Program-made: the position numbers and the translations under genes
Origin: Bugula neritina
Lineage: Eukaryota > Animalia > Bryozoa
Assembly: GCA_964035545.1 (NCBI GenBank)
Contig: OZ037772.1
Span: 372,001-436,000 of the forward strand
Direction of reading: 5' to 3'
DNA: 64,000 nucleotides
In this document: positions 40,301 to 53,221 of the stretch, in pieces
How positions within the stretch are numbered: the stretch's first letter is position 1
Layout of the letters: the number at the start of each line of letters is the position of its first letter
Notes under the pieces: generated by a model
What the model was told of the DNA's origin: nothing
The model's input: the letters and a program-made list of their open reading frames with translations, nothing else
The model's database searches: none

Positions 40301-40816
40301 CACATGTAGCATGAATATCAACTTATAGTTAGTGAGTTACTAGAAGTTTCTTTGTAACGGAAACCAGTCCGGGTTCCCCTGCAGTTCCATCTCAACGAGT
40401 CTGGCCTGAGCTGAGGTCACCGCATGATGACATCATTCACTAGGTTCTTCTTGGTGTCTGGAAATTTTCCACCAGTTACTCCAGTGACTGAAAATGAAGT
40501 ACTAATACCAGTGACTCGGTCTCAAACTTACTTACTGAGTCATTGTGATTATTAGTTGATGACTTAATGTTTTAGTGAAGTTATAGTTATAGTTAACTTA
40601 TAGTCCTACTGACACTAATAGCTAATGTGCCATTCAGTCTCATCTTCATTCTCAGTAATTGCAATACTGATATTAAGACTAACTAACGCCTAATGCTAAG
40701 TTCAACTACTAATTATTACACTACTAGAACTACTACTACTACTAGAAGTAGTAGTTCTAGTAGTAGTATTAGTGGCGGTAGCGGTAGCAGTAGTAATGGG
40801 AGTACTAGTAGTAGTA

Positions 40817-43800
40817 TGACAGCGCTTCTTCATAGGATCTGCCAGTCACCCAGTAGTTGTTGTCACTAAACTATGTAAAATATATAGAGGTTAAAAGGTC
40901 ACTAAACTATGTGAAATATATAGAGGTCAAGAGGTCACCAGACTATCACCAACTTTCCATGTACCGATCTCAGATCGATCTCAGCGAGATCGATCCATGG
41001 GAAAATGCCAAAGATCGATCTCCGTCGATCTGAGCTGGTCGGCCTGTGGAGCTCGAACTCAGATCGATCTCATGTCAATAAGACCATGGAAAGACACCAT
41101 ATCGATCTGAGAAGTAGAAAAAGACTGCGTGCTACAATGTTGTCTGCTAATAAAAATGATAACTTATTGATAATTACTAAGCAAAGTATTAAATAATCAT
41201 GATAGCCGCCTTTTCAGATGCCAAAACTTTGACTTTCAGTACAATGATTAAGAAAACTCAATTATATGCAGAAGAAGGTAAAAAAAAATGGGAGAATTTA
41301 AATTGAGTTCAAATGACTATATTAAAACTCAGTTTCATAAGCTATTTCCTTTGTAATTTTAAGCCTAACAGTCCTGTAAGTTTATTAATAATCTGCAAGG
41401 GCCACACCCACTCCCGAAAGGGCCACACCCACTCCAGAAAGGGCCACACCCACTCAAGAAAGGGCCACACCTACTCAAGAAAGGGCCACACCCACTCCAG
41501 AAAGGGCCACACCCACTCCAGAAAGGGTCACACCCACTCCAGAAATGGCCACACCCACTCCGGAAAGAGCCACACCCACTCTAGAAAGGCCACACCTACT
41601 ACAGAAAGGGCCACACCCACTCCAGAAAGGGCCACACCCACTCAAGAAAGGGCCACACCTACTCAAGAAAGGGCCACACCCACTCCAGAAAGGGCCACAC
41701 CCACTCCAGAAAGGGTCACACCCACTCCAGAAATGGCCACACCCACTCCGGAAAGAGCCACACCCACTCTAGAAAGGCCACACCTACTACAGAAAGGGCC
41801 ACACCCACTCCAGAAATGGCCACACCCACTCCGGAAAGAGCCACACCCACTCTAGAAAGGCCACACCTACTACAGAAAGGGCCACACCCACTTCAGAAAG
41901 GGCCACACCCACTTCAGAAATGGCCACATTAGAGGGAATTCATAGTTTATCAACATAAACATAGTCTGTGGTAAATATTAGGTCTGTGCTAAACCCACTT
42001 GCTTTCTGTAAATAACACCAGACAAAATGAAGAATGACTCATACCTCAGCCTTAGGTTGCCCCTGGATCTGCACAAAGTAGGCTGGTATTCTGTGCCCCC
42101 ACCATAGCTGTCTGGAGATACACCAGCCCTTGGAGTTCCTCAGCCATTTGTACCAAGTGACTGCGTGATAGTCTGGTATGATCTTTAGCTTGCCTGATTC
42201 TACTACCTGCAGTATACATACTATGCTATAGATATACTATACTATAGATATACTATGCTATAGATATACTATGCTATAGATATACTATGCTATAGATATA
42301 CTATGCTATAGATATACTATGCTATAGACATACTATACAGTACTAATATATATACTACACAGTACCAATATATTATACTATACAGCACTAATATATTATA
42401 TACTATACACAGTACTAATATATATACTATACAGTACTAATATATTATATACTATACAGTACTAATATATATACTATACAGTACTAATATATTATATACT
42501 ATACATAATATATAATACAAGTACCTCTACAGCCTTGGCTGCCATATCGTCACATGCCACATATCACTGTGGTTTGGGTATCGGCTCAATGATATCTTTA
42601 GATCGACTATAACACAAGAGAACACAGTGTAGAGGTCATTGTTAACAGACAGACTCACATAGTAACAGTTCAACTCAACAGCATTGTAAAATATAATGGA
42701 TATGTTAATGGAGCTATTCTTTAGGAGAACAAGAGAGGACAACTTCTATTACATTGAGATCTGCAGCTATGAGTCATTTTACTTAACTTAATACACAAAG
42801 CTATATACCTTTAGCTTTTAGCTATTGTTCACAGTTGAGCTGCTAATTCAACATTTTAATGTAAGAAACTATACACATTAGCAGCTAAACTGTGAAAAAT
42901 AGCTAAGAACCAGAGATATATGGTGTGTACTAAACTAAGTAAAATGACTCACAAGTAAACATGACCAGGAAAAGTTCAGGATCTAACTGGACGTGTATGA
43001 AGAAAATGTAGAAATCTAACAAGTTGGGATAAAATTGTAGAGAGAAGACGACTCACCTACATACAGGAACTACCATAGGGTTGTCTTCCTTTCCTTTGTA
43101 TAGCCCCAAGTCTTCCAACCTTCTCTGAACAGCTTTACAGGCATCAAACCTGCACATGAAACTTACATGAAGTATAAATTGCTAATAGACTCACACCTGT
43201 CACCTGCTTACAAATGTCACCTGCTCACACCTGTCACCTGTACACAAATGGTATTAAACCACTAAAACCTATGTAGATCAATATTTTCTTGCTATTAAGT
43301 TGACTAATTGTGAAACAGCCAAAATAGGAAAATAAGACCTTGTAGTGCAGTGAGCAAGGCAAGTTCAAGCCATACAACTTTAACATGTTGCATTACAGAA
43401 GAAAGACCTGCTTCATTTTGGTAAATAACTATAAGTAATATTGGGAGTTACGCCACTTATGAGTAACAACATGGAGTTGTGTTTCTTTTCATAAACGCAA
43501 AAAGGTAAAAATTACTTGTTTCTTCGAGGTAGCACAACTCCTAATTGTGTGACATATTTCTAAGTTGAAATGGTTTTTCCTTGCATTATATAATATATAA
43601 TGCAAGGAAAAACCATATCAACTTAGAAATATGTCACACAATTAGGAGTTATGCCGCCTCTTTGTCAAAAACACGGAATACTAGATTCACACACCAAACA
43701 GTACTCAGTGCTATATGAATAGACTCCAATATAGTTCTCCCTCTGTATCTCAGTAAGCTGAGGGACCTGACACCTCAATTCATGATACAGTAGAATTCTT

Positions 43801-46006
43801 ACTTTAGCAGAATACCATATTTAACACACGGATCTGTTAAATTATTTTGTCCCTACACACAAAAGGCTTTGAAATTACAGGACAACAGGCTATGAATATA
43901 CAGGACAACAGGCTATGAATATACAGGACAACAGGCTATGAATATACAGGACAACAGGCTATGAATATACAGGACAACAGGCTATGAATATACAGGACAA
44001 CAGGCTATGAATATACAGGACAACAGGCTATAAATATACAGGACAACAGGCTATGAATATACAGGACAACAGGCTATGAATATACAGGACAACAGGCTAT
44101 GAATATACAGGACAACAGGCTATGAATATACAAGACAACAGGCTATGAATATACAGGAAACAGAGCACCGGTCCCAAACTCCATCTCCACAAAGTCGTCA
44201 GCCACAATGGGTATTCTCCTGTCAGCAAAAAGATGTCTCACAAATTTCCCGTGTAAGTGTTTGTATCGGCCGTCTTCAGGGTGGACAGCCACGGCAGTGT
44301 CACCTACAATAGTTACCAGACTTTATAGTCTCTCACAGTATTGAGTATTGATATACAATTATATACTTACAGAGTGTTTACCAGATCCAACTTCACAGTC
44401 ACTATACTCAGAGCACACAACTCCCAGTAAGTTAGTATCAAGCTAATTAACCACTAACCCCTTATTCACACTTACCGTATCGTATCGTAACAGCAAATAT
44501 CAGCCATTTTTACAAATGTCTGAGCTTCCTGTACGGTGTTGCGGTACGGTAGGATCAAGCACTGCTTGATTCAAATAAGTTGCGGCGGACTCCTATTGGA
44601 CAGAAAAACTTTTGCGTTAATTCTTTGGAAATAAATGTCTAATGTAGCGTCATAGATCGTACCTAATAGCGGACTTTGAAAACTTCAACCCGCACCTTAA
44701 ACCAAAATGGAATAATAGAATTAAAAAATTTAGGCTATCTCAAGTTCTCCACTACTGCTCCTAAGTGAGAAAGTGAGAATAGTTAGAGAGATCTACTGGA
44801 GTTACTTCAATTGGCAGCAAGAGTCAGCCATTATTACGTTGCTAAGCAACAAAGCTATTAGTGACATTGATGTCTACTAACCCAACATAGTTTCTAATCT
44901 AGTTGTGGCCACAATAATCTTTTCGTCAGAGTCTTCTACTTTATATGCAAAGGAAAGGAGAACTCCGAACTCCACCTTCTCCTTGTAGCCCGGCACAGAG
45001 AGCATAGTCCTTCCTGTCAACTCTACTTTGTCTACCTGCAATCAGTGATACAACTCTCTCAGACTATACAGGTCAAAGGTTAAACTGTAGTGTGTGCTTC
45101 TGAGTCACTGCGTTCTCATTCTTTTCTATTAGTTCACATTGTGTAAATGGATGCTCGTACGAATGAATATGTGGCTGTGGTCTCATTGATGTATTCATTC
45201 GAAGATAGTCATAATGTAATATATCAGGCTGTGTCTGAATACTACTATTAGGTTAGTTACCACCAACACACAAGTCTCGCAGTGAATAAACAGTTGATGT
45301 GCACACAGCCGGGAGTCAGACTGATACTGTACAATATACCTCAATATCAGGGATGGCAGAGTTGAGAGTACAGGACCGGTGGTGAAAACGGTTAGCTCTG
45401 TAGATCACACCTTTCTTGTGCATTCTGATAAACGCTTCGTTCACCGCTTTCAAAGATTTCTAATAAACAATTATATATTAGTCATGTGTCAAGTGTGAAC
45501 TGATTGGAAACAAGGCCTCATGATTAACCAATCATAGAGAGGATAACACACTGAGTCAGTAAACAGCCGACACGGCATATAGACTCCACTACTCAAACAT
45601 AATATATGTATAGAGAGGATAACTCCTCACCTCATCCACAGTGAACGTAGTTCTGTCCCAGTCATAAGACCCGCCCACTTTCCTCAACTGATGGTAGATT
45701 CTGTCTTCTTTTCCATAGAAATTATATAATAACACTGACCAATCGTTGTGCTGCAAAACATATATTAGCAATTTAAAACACAGGCTTTCTCAATTTCTCC
45801 ATTACTGCACCTACCTCAGTATATATAGAACCTGTAACTAACTAAACAGACACCTCAGTAGTCGTGGCAGACTCTGCCTTCTGTTTAGCCTGCTTAGCTT
45901 GAAACTTGGTTAACTTAGCAGCTTTAGCAGCTTCTTTCTTCAACTCTTTCTCAGATTTCACCTTGACCTCGCCAGTTGGCGCATCACCAGGGTTCACTTC
46001 CGACAT
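40817..46006 (-). pseudogene. VARS1: Valyl-tRNA synthetase pseudogene, copy 2
   Basis: Same exons as copy 1, but a ~2.5 kb deletion at ~45760 removes four exons including HIGH, the GAVKITP exon is deleted at ~43695, and an acceptor is AG>GG near 45713. Shares the TGA at 42564-42566 and the 3' truncation point. Confidence 0.92.
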
Positions 46007-48000
46007 GTTCGTTTATTGTGAGACTTTCCTTAAAACACAATCAGCCGGCATGGAACTAATAGATATCTTAATACTTAACATACAAACTACTGACCCAGTA
46101 TAGTTATAGACAGATATATTAATACTAATAATATAAACTAATGGCTCAGTATTGCGTTAGTTATGCGTGGGGGTTCAGTGATAAAACGCCTATAAACCAC
46201 ACAGTTCAATAATGAAAGACTGTGACTTTTCACGAACAGACATCTCATCTCTGATTCTGATGAAAAATCATGAAATTTTCAAACAAATGATACTGCATTT
46301 CAACTTTGGGACGATCACATAATAATAATCATATTGTCATTTGAAAGATTCTGCTAAAATCGAAATGCCAATGTTAATCACAAGGTCAACCATAAATGAC
46401 TCAGTCTGATGACTGACGGTTATGCTTAATGATTAATTAGTAATATGAATAGATTGCAAGTGATCAGCATGATGATGGTGATGATTGCTTTTCACCATCA
46501 AAGGTCAAACTTTGTAATTGCAGCTTGAAATGTAAAATTAAATAATATTACTTTTATTTAATTATACAAGTATAACTTACTATCATAACAACATTCAATT
46601 TTATGTAGTCATTATAAACATGATAATGGTTTACCTTTTACTGCAGGTAATCATTATACTATTCACGATTATAAATATAATTAATATAATTGTATTTATT
46701 GAAACTAAAATAATAAGGTAAACTAAATGAATTATCGACATGAGTGTGAGTATGAGTAAGCCACAACTAGAAGGTGCAGCAGCAATTTGAGATCCCCGTT
46801 TGCAATACCTCATCAAAGATATAGAACAGGTGCAAAATAATGCAATCAGATTCATTGCTATATTGAAAGGCAGAGACAGTATCACTGTGACGCGTGACAA
46901 ACTAAACCTAGAATCTCTCCCTGACAGACGCTTCAAGCTGAAGCACAAGTTACTGTTGCGACTTCTATCTAATGAGGGAAATCAGGCATCTCTAACCAAC
47001 TCCTATGAACTGATGGACAGTAAAACCTAAAATACTAGGTTTACTAAGGCATCAAGCAGGGACGATCCCCCAACCATTTTTGCAAAATCAGCAGCCTACT
47101 ACAGCAGCTTCTTTTCAAAAACAGCCCGAGAGCTTAAGTCTATGCTAAATAATTAGTCAATACATCAGAGTTGTATATGTGCAACATACTGAAAATACTT
47201 GCTAGCCTGTAATCGGCAACTGTAGAGGTGTGCCTCTTGCTACATGCTCTAATGCGTGTAAGAGGTAAGAGGATTATCAATATGACTATCAATATTAGTA
47301 GGAGTACCCAAGTACCAGTAGACATAGTAGCTGTAGAAAGTCTATCCCAATCAGTAACTGTAAGCCGTGAGGGCTGAGACTATAACTAGGAATATAAAAA
47401 ACTATAACTTGAGTATAACTAATTGAAGGTGAGTTAACATAAATTAAAAAATAATAAATATAATTACTACAAAATCAAAATGAAATATGCATTATAAATA
47501 TTTATATTTTAATTTTATAATATTTTTTTAATTTATTTATATCATTTTATTTAGGTTCATCACCTTTCATTATGATTAATGAAATTCATAAATCATATTC
47601 ATAACGATAATGATAATCACTTAAAAAAAATGAAAAGTGATAAACCCATAAATGATAATCATAATGATTATTATTATCATTTATCGCTTATCACTGATAA
47701 TCATAATCATAATGATAATCTTGATCATAATCAATATGAATATCAATATCATGTTATACTTATTCAATAATTATAACTGATTGATTCTTATTCATATTAA
47801 TAATGAATAAAAAATTATATAAACACTACAACTTACTTAATTAGAGTATTAGTATTACTATTAGTATTACTATTAGTATTAGTATTACTATTAGTATTAC
47901 TTACAACTTGCTTATGCAAGGGAATTAAATCTTTAAAGCGTAGCATCCTTTTCAAGCAAAATAAGGATAATAAGTTTCGTCAAATTGAGTTAAAAACTAC

Positions 48001-48493
48001 AACTTATAAGTCACAAGTACAAAGCAACTTATGCTCAGTCATCACTAATCCTAGTGGGTACGGCAAGCATATAGCATAATTTATTTCACAATGCGACAAG
48101 ATTATCTAGACGGTGCGCTTACGCCTCTCATTGTACTTAAGCAATATTCAATTGTACGGTTTTTATGACTTTAAAATCCGTTTTTAAGAAGCAAGGCTAG
48201 ATCGATATTGACTCGCTAAGAGCTTTCATGTAAACCCGCAAACTTATAAGTCACAAGTATAAAGCAACTTATGCTCAGTCATCACTAATCCTAGTGGGTA
48301 CGGCAAGCATATAGCATAATTTATTTCACAATGCGACAAGATTATCTAGACGGTGCGCTTACGCCTCTCATTGTACTTAAGCAATATTCAATTGTACGGT
48401 TTTTATGACTTTAAAATCCGTTTTTGAGAAGCAAGGCTAGATAAAAATTAATGATCGATATTGACTCGCTAAGAGTACTCATGTAAACCCGCA
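48001..48493. repeat. ~240-bp local tandem duplication, unit-2 specific
   Basis: AACTTATAAGTCACAAGT...TAAACCCGCA occurs twice (48001, 48241); single copy at ~18208-18460. Confidence 0.9.
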
Positions 48494-49863
48494 AACTACA
48501 ACTTTTAACTTGACCGCAAAGCTGGAAGTACGATAAGCGTCGCCGTATTGATTTCAGGCGAATTTTAGTTGATTTCTTTCAAACTGCTGAGAAGTAATAT
48601 TTGCTTCCATTTTATGTCTGATCGCGATGCAATTATAAATGTTCCTAATTCAATCAATATTATGAAATAATTAATGTAGGAAATTCAATTTTGACTATAT
48701 AGAATAATCTCAATCTGAATAAGTATTATTTATTTATTGTAACACTTGCACATCGTCTTAGCCTAGGGCCACACGACGCGTATTTTCGCACTCGTCGTGT
48801 GCGAAATGTCGCAAAAGTGAAAAAAGGAGTTTACTGTACGCGAATTTCATGCGTTGAAAATGCTGAACGGCAAGTGCGAAGATTTTTCTGTCGTCCTTAC
48901 CTAATTGGCTGGTAGTTATTTAGCGAGCCCGGTTTTCCTAATTTGCTACTCTTTCCATTAAATTGCGCATTATTTGTTGTATAGCGAGTAATATTTAAAA
49001 AGCAACATTTCTAGCCGTGTAAGTTTTCTACTTTCTGTGTATGTTTCTGCTATTCAGAATAGTCAAATTGATGTAATCAAACATTTTATAGATAAAAATG
49101 AACTGGCAAGAGAAGTTGATTAATGCAGTGAGTAATTTTCTTTACAATTCTTATAAAATTTGTGATAAAAAATGGCACTTTTTCAATTTCTCCGTGAGTT
49201 TCACTATGTCATACATTCAAAGTCAGTCATTCAGATTCAGTTATACTTATTGGCAATACTCATACTCATAGTGATAGTCGAACTCAATCAGTCAATGTGA
49301 ATGTCATAGTGATTGTTAGATTACCACAATGTAATAGTATGTCTTACCAGTGATAAAGCTGCTAGATGAAAGAGACCGTTCACTCTGTTTGTCTGGGTTT
49401 TATCTGCTTTAGCTTGTAGCTATCTCAGCTATACGGTGGCTGGTAGGGCAACTCTTAGTAACACGATAGCTCAAGTATCTGATAGGCTATTGTCATTAGC
49501 TAAACTCTCAGCGTGCCACTATAACATGCCCCCTTCCAATAAAGGCTGGTGACCACCTGCTAAAACTAAGCATTTCAATTACATACTATTTCTAAAAGCT
49601 ATAAGCTGATGAGTACCACATGTCTGTGGGTAAACTTACTCACCTCTATTTGCCAGAAACTGTAAACACAAGCTTTAACTATTTGTAATTTAGTAGTTCG
49701 CGAGTCAGTGTGTCGTTGAGTGTGTGAGTAAATAAGTAGGTGAGTAAGTTAGGTGAGTAGGTTGTTTAGTGTGTCGGTAAGTGTGTAAGTAAGTGAGTTG
49801 GGATCGGAGGATGTTCTCACCCTCTTCTCCCTCAGTCTCAGTTGCCTGAGACTGACCAGAACC

Positions 49864-50904
49864 TCAATGCAGTGCTTCGGGATTAGAAGATGTTTCCATC
49901 TTCACCTCCCCAGTCTCAGTTGCCTGAGGCTGACTAGGACTGTAGGTCGGTCTCAGACCAAGGTCTGAACCACCATGTACACCGGGGGTCTGGGGCTCTA
50001 CGGCCATTGACTCCTCCCAAGTGTCGTCCCGAGGGCAACCTGGGGTCGGCGACTCCTCTACGGCCTTTGACTCCTCCTGGTTACCACTGGGACCTTCCGC
50101 AACTGTGGTTGCAGGGTTTAGTATTGTGCTACCCAACCCTCTGGAATGCACGTTGGCCACGCTGGCCCAGTTTTCGATTGCTACTTTAATAGCCATTGAG
50201 CACTGATACTCCTTTTCCAAGAGACTCTCTCGCTCACTGATCTCTTCCATTTGCCTGTTGAACTTTCGTTGAAGTTCTTGCTTTTTTCTATTTAATTCCT
50301 CTTTCCTTAGTGCATAAGCCTTCCCATCCAGGAAGTCGCACCCCGTCAAGCCATTCAGGAACCCTGAAACTTCACTGACAATAACATTTTTAGGCTTTAA
50401 TGCATGAACATAGCTTGATGATGTAGCTACACCACCAGAGGCAACACTTGCATAGTTTGATTTCTGACTACCTGAAACCTTGGCTAATTTTGGTGCTGGA
50501 TCTTGAGAGTCAACACCATTAACAGCCTTCCGCTTGAAGCTAGAAGGTGCGTGACTACAGTCTGAGGTTTTGTGTTGGGCTGCGACACAACACCAACTGC
50601 AATAGACTTCTCTGCAGTCCTCCACCCAATGACCTTTCTGCCCACACCTGTAACACTTATTATTGGGACAGTCTCGGGCAGAGTGATCCCTGAAGCATCT
50701 ACAGATGGCACACCTAATTGTGCCCTTGTTGCCACATACCTCATGTGGCTTCTTAAGCTTAGCCTTATCTTCTGTATTCTTGGGCTTACCCTGGGGGTTA
50801 GCTACTTTTACCGTTTCTTTATGTCTTCCTGAGGGTCCGGCTTTAGACCAAGAGTCCATGTCGGGTTCCCCTATACCTTCCTTCTCTTTCTCACTATTGC
50901 TCAT
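49864..50904 (-). CDS. 346-aa protein with three zinc knuckles and a coiled coil (second ORF of the pol-less LTR element)
   Basis: ATG-initiated intact ORF: CAICRCFRDHSARDC, CYRCGQKGHWVEDC, CSWCCVAAQHKTSDC, then LRKEELNRKKQELQRKFNRQMEEISERESLLEKEY and an acidic tail. Confidence 0.8.
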   Translation of the reverse strand: MSNSEKEKEGIGEPDMDSWSKAGPSGRHKETVKVANPQGKPKNTEDKAKLKKPHEVCGNKGTIRCAICRCFRDHSARDCPNNKCYRCGQKGHWVEDCREVYCSWCCVAAQHKTSDCSHAPSSFKRKAVNGVDSQDPAPKLAKVSGSQKSNYASVASGGVATSSSYVHALKPKNVIVSEVSGFLNGLTGCDFLDGKAYALRKEELNRKKQELQRKFNRQMEEISERESLLEKEYQCSMAIKVAIENWASVANVHSRGLGSTILNPATTVAEGPSGNQEESKAVEESPTPGCPRDDTWEESMAVEPQTPGVHGGSDLGLRPTYSPSQPQATETGEVKMETSSNPEALH

Positions 50905-51094
50905 TGTTTGTCTCTTTCTCTATCTATATATTGTTTTTCTCAAGTTTTTTAAAACGATATCTATAAAAAACACATTATTATTTATACCTCTGCATGTTTA
51001 GTCTATTAGGAGGTTTGCTTAGTCTCCCCCGTCTAGTATGCGTAATTTCTCCTTGTTCAGGAGGAAATAACTTGCTGTCATTGCAATCATATAG

Positions 51095-52692
51095 TCAGCT
51101 TGCAAATCTGACTCTCCTATAACCCTTATTCCTATCACTACTCCCACTACTTGACCTATAAGGTTTGGTCTCTCTTTCAGGGCAATCTTTAGTGGTGTGC
51201 CCTCGGCAGTTACATACGAAGCACCTTACATCAGGGCAGTCCCTAATTCTATGATCATGTTTTTTACAATGATAGCAAAGATTTCCTTCTCTTCTAGGGG
51301 AGCTAAACCTTTTAGACCTAGAATGATAGTAACCCGAATTCGGTCTATCTACGAGAGGTTTTTCATCCCTCCTCCTTCGTTGGCTTGAACAGAATTTATC
51401 CCTACTATTGTAATGTTGTTTACTATGATCATCAGAGCTATTACTAGATCCACTCGAGCTTCTACTTCTATAGTGGTCACTATTCCTAAGGCTACTTCTC
51501 AAATAAGGTCTCCACTTTATTCTAGATCTAGAAACCCTATTAACAGAATAACTGTCACAGTTGTCACTGCTACTGTTTCTAGTCTGCTTAAGAGAACTTA
51601 CAGCCCCGACTTCTTGTTTGATGTCCACTATTTTCCTAGCTTCATTTAAAAGTAGGTATGAGTCTCTAGCTAGCTTTTTTGCTTTAGGCTTGGTATTTAA
51701 GTTGTGAGGATGAAAGAGAATACTTGCTGAGAGTAGGAAAACTTAGTAGAGAATTAGGTTTAGGTGCTGGGACCGAGGATGTTAGAAGGAGACTTAGTGT
51801 TGCCTTACCAGTAAATGGCTTGCGCGATACTAATGCTAGGAGACAATTATTGCAAGAACCCGATTTATCCTGGGACGACTTAAATACCAAGCTTAAAGCA
51901 AAAAAACTAGCTAGAGACTCAGACCTACTTTTAAATGAAGCTAGGACAATAGTGGACGTCAAACAAGAAGTCGGGGCTGTAAGTTCTCTTAAGCAGACTA
52001 GAAACAGTAGCAGTGTCACAGTTGTCACTGCTACTGTTTCTAGTCTGCTTAAGAGAACTTACAGCCCCGACTTCTTGTTTGACGTCCACTATTGTCCTAG
52101 CTTCATTTAAAAGTAGGTCTGAGTCTCTAGCTAGCTTTTTTGCTTTAAGCTTGGTATTTAAGTCGTCCCAGGATAAATCGGGTTCTTGCAATAATTGTCT
52201 CCTAGCATTAGTATCGCGCAAGCCATTTACTGCTAAGGCAACACTAAGTCTCCTTCTAACATCCTCGGTCCCAGCACCTAAACCTAATTCTCTACTAAGT
52301 TTTCCTACTCTCAGCAAGTATTCTCTTTCATCCTCATCAATGGCCTGTGACACTGTCACAAACCTCATTGTTTTAACATAAAAGCTATCTGACCTATCAT
52401 AGTGGCCCCTAAGTAGACCTAATGCTTGCTCATAGCCTTCATTCCCATTGTTTCTCAAATCAAAGCCAAGAGATTGTAACGTGGCTCTACCATCATTGCC
52501 TATTGCGCTCAACAATGCTAACAACTTAGTCCTACCTCTAAATTTATTTACTTCTACACCCTCCACTGTCTCTTTTCCCAGATTCAAAGTAGTTAACTCT
52601 ACTGTTATCTCAAATTGAGCTAGCCAATCATTCCATGATCCTGTCACATCATTACAATTCAATTGAAGTCTTGGAAATGAATTTAAATCCAT
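51095..52692 (-). pseudogene. gag: Gag of the pol-less element, split by an inverted duplication (reconstructed ~378 aa, two CCHC knuckles)
   Basis: 52692-52015 is capsid-like (W..WL..FE..KLLALLSAIG) and joins in frame to 51553-51095, which carries CYHCKKHDHRIRDC and CFVCNCRGHTTKDC. Confidence 0.8.
51705..52336. repeat. Near-perfect inverted repeat, 311-bp arms, 10-nt loop
   Basis: 51705-52015 is the reverse complement of 52026-52336 with 2 mismatches seen. A third ~150-bp direct copy lies at ~51553-51704. Confidence 0.95.
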
Positions 52693-53207
52693 GACTTTGT
52701 TGTTACAATTCCCTGTGCTACAAAGGTTACTACTTGTACTAGTTTGGAGCCTTGATTTACTCGTGTGTTATGTCAAGATGCCAATCACAAAATATCTTAA
52801 ACACTGAGTATCACTGTTTCGGTCACTTGTTGTAAATGACTGTAGTATCACAGTTGCCAGCTGTGAATCACGATATCAAATTAAGATTATCACTCATTAG
52901 ACTACACTAACAATAACACTACACTAACAATAACACTACACTAACAGTAACACTGCACCACCAGTAACACTGCACCAACAGTAGCACTGCACCAACAGTA
53001 ACACTGCACCAACAGTAACACTGCACTGCACTGCACTACACTGCACTACACTACACTACACTACACTACACTACACTACACTACACTTATATTATTATAT
53101 TATATTCAAAACACTTGCAACTGATAATGATTAATTGAAGAAAGTACTTATCTATCATCTATAGTTGTAAGGACAGAAAGAGGTTCTCACTGGCAGGTTC
53201 GTTAAAA

Positions 53208-53221
53208 TGCTGACTGCGCCA
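53208..53221 (-). promoter_or_regulatory. Primer-binding site, probably tRNA-Ser
   Basis: + strand TGCTGACTGCGCCA abuts the LTR and resembles invertebrate tRNA-Ser 3' ends (...CCTGCTGACTGCG-CCA). Confidence 0.65.

Noticed and set aside
41313-41855. HTHSRKG/ATPTPER repeat protein ORFs (also 8061-8339 and 22762-23126)
   Set aside because: Intronic minisatellites with unit lengths divisible by 3; copy number and frame differ between units.
51724-52110. + strand gag-like 128-aa ORF
   Set aside because: It is the inverted arm of the hairpin, not an independent gene.
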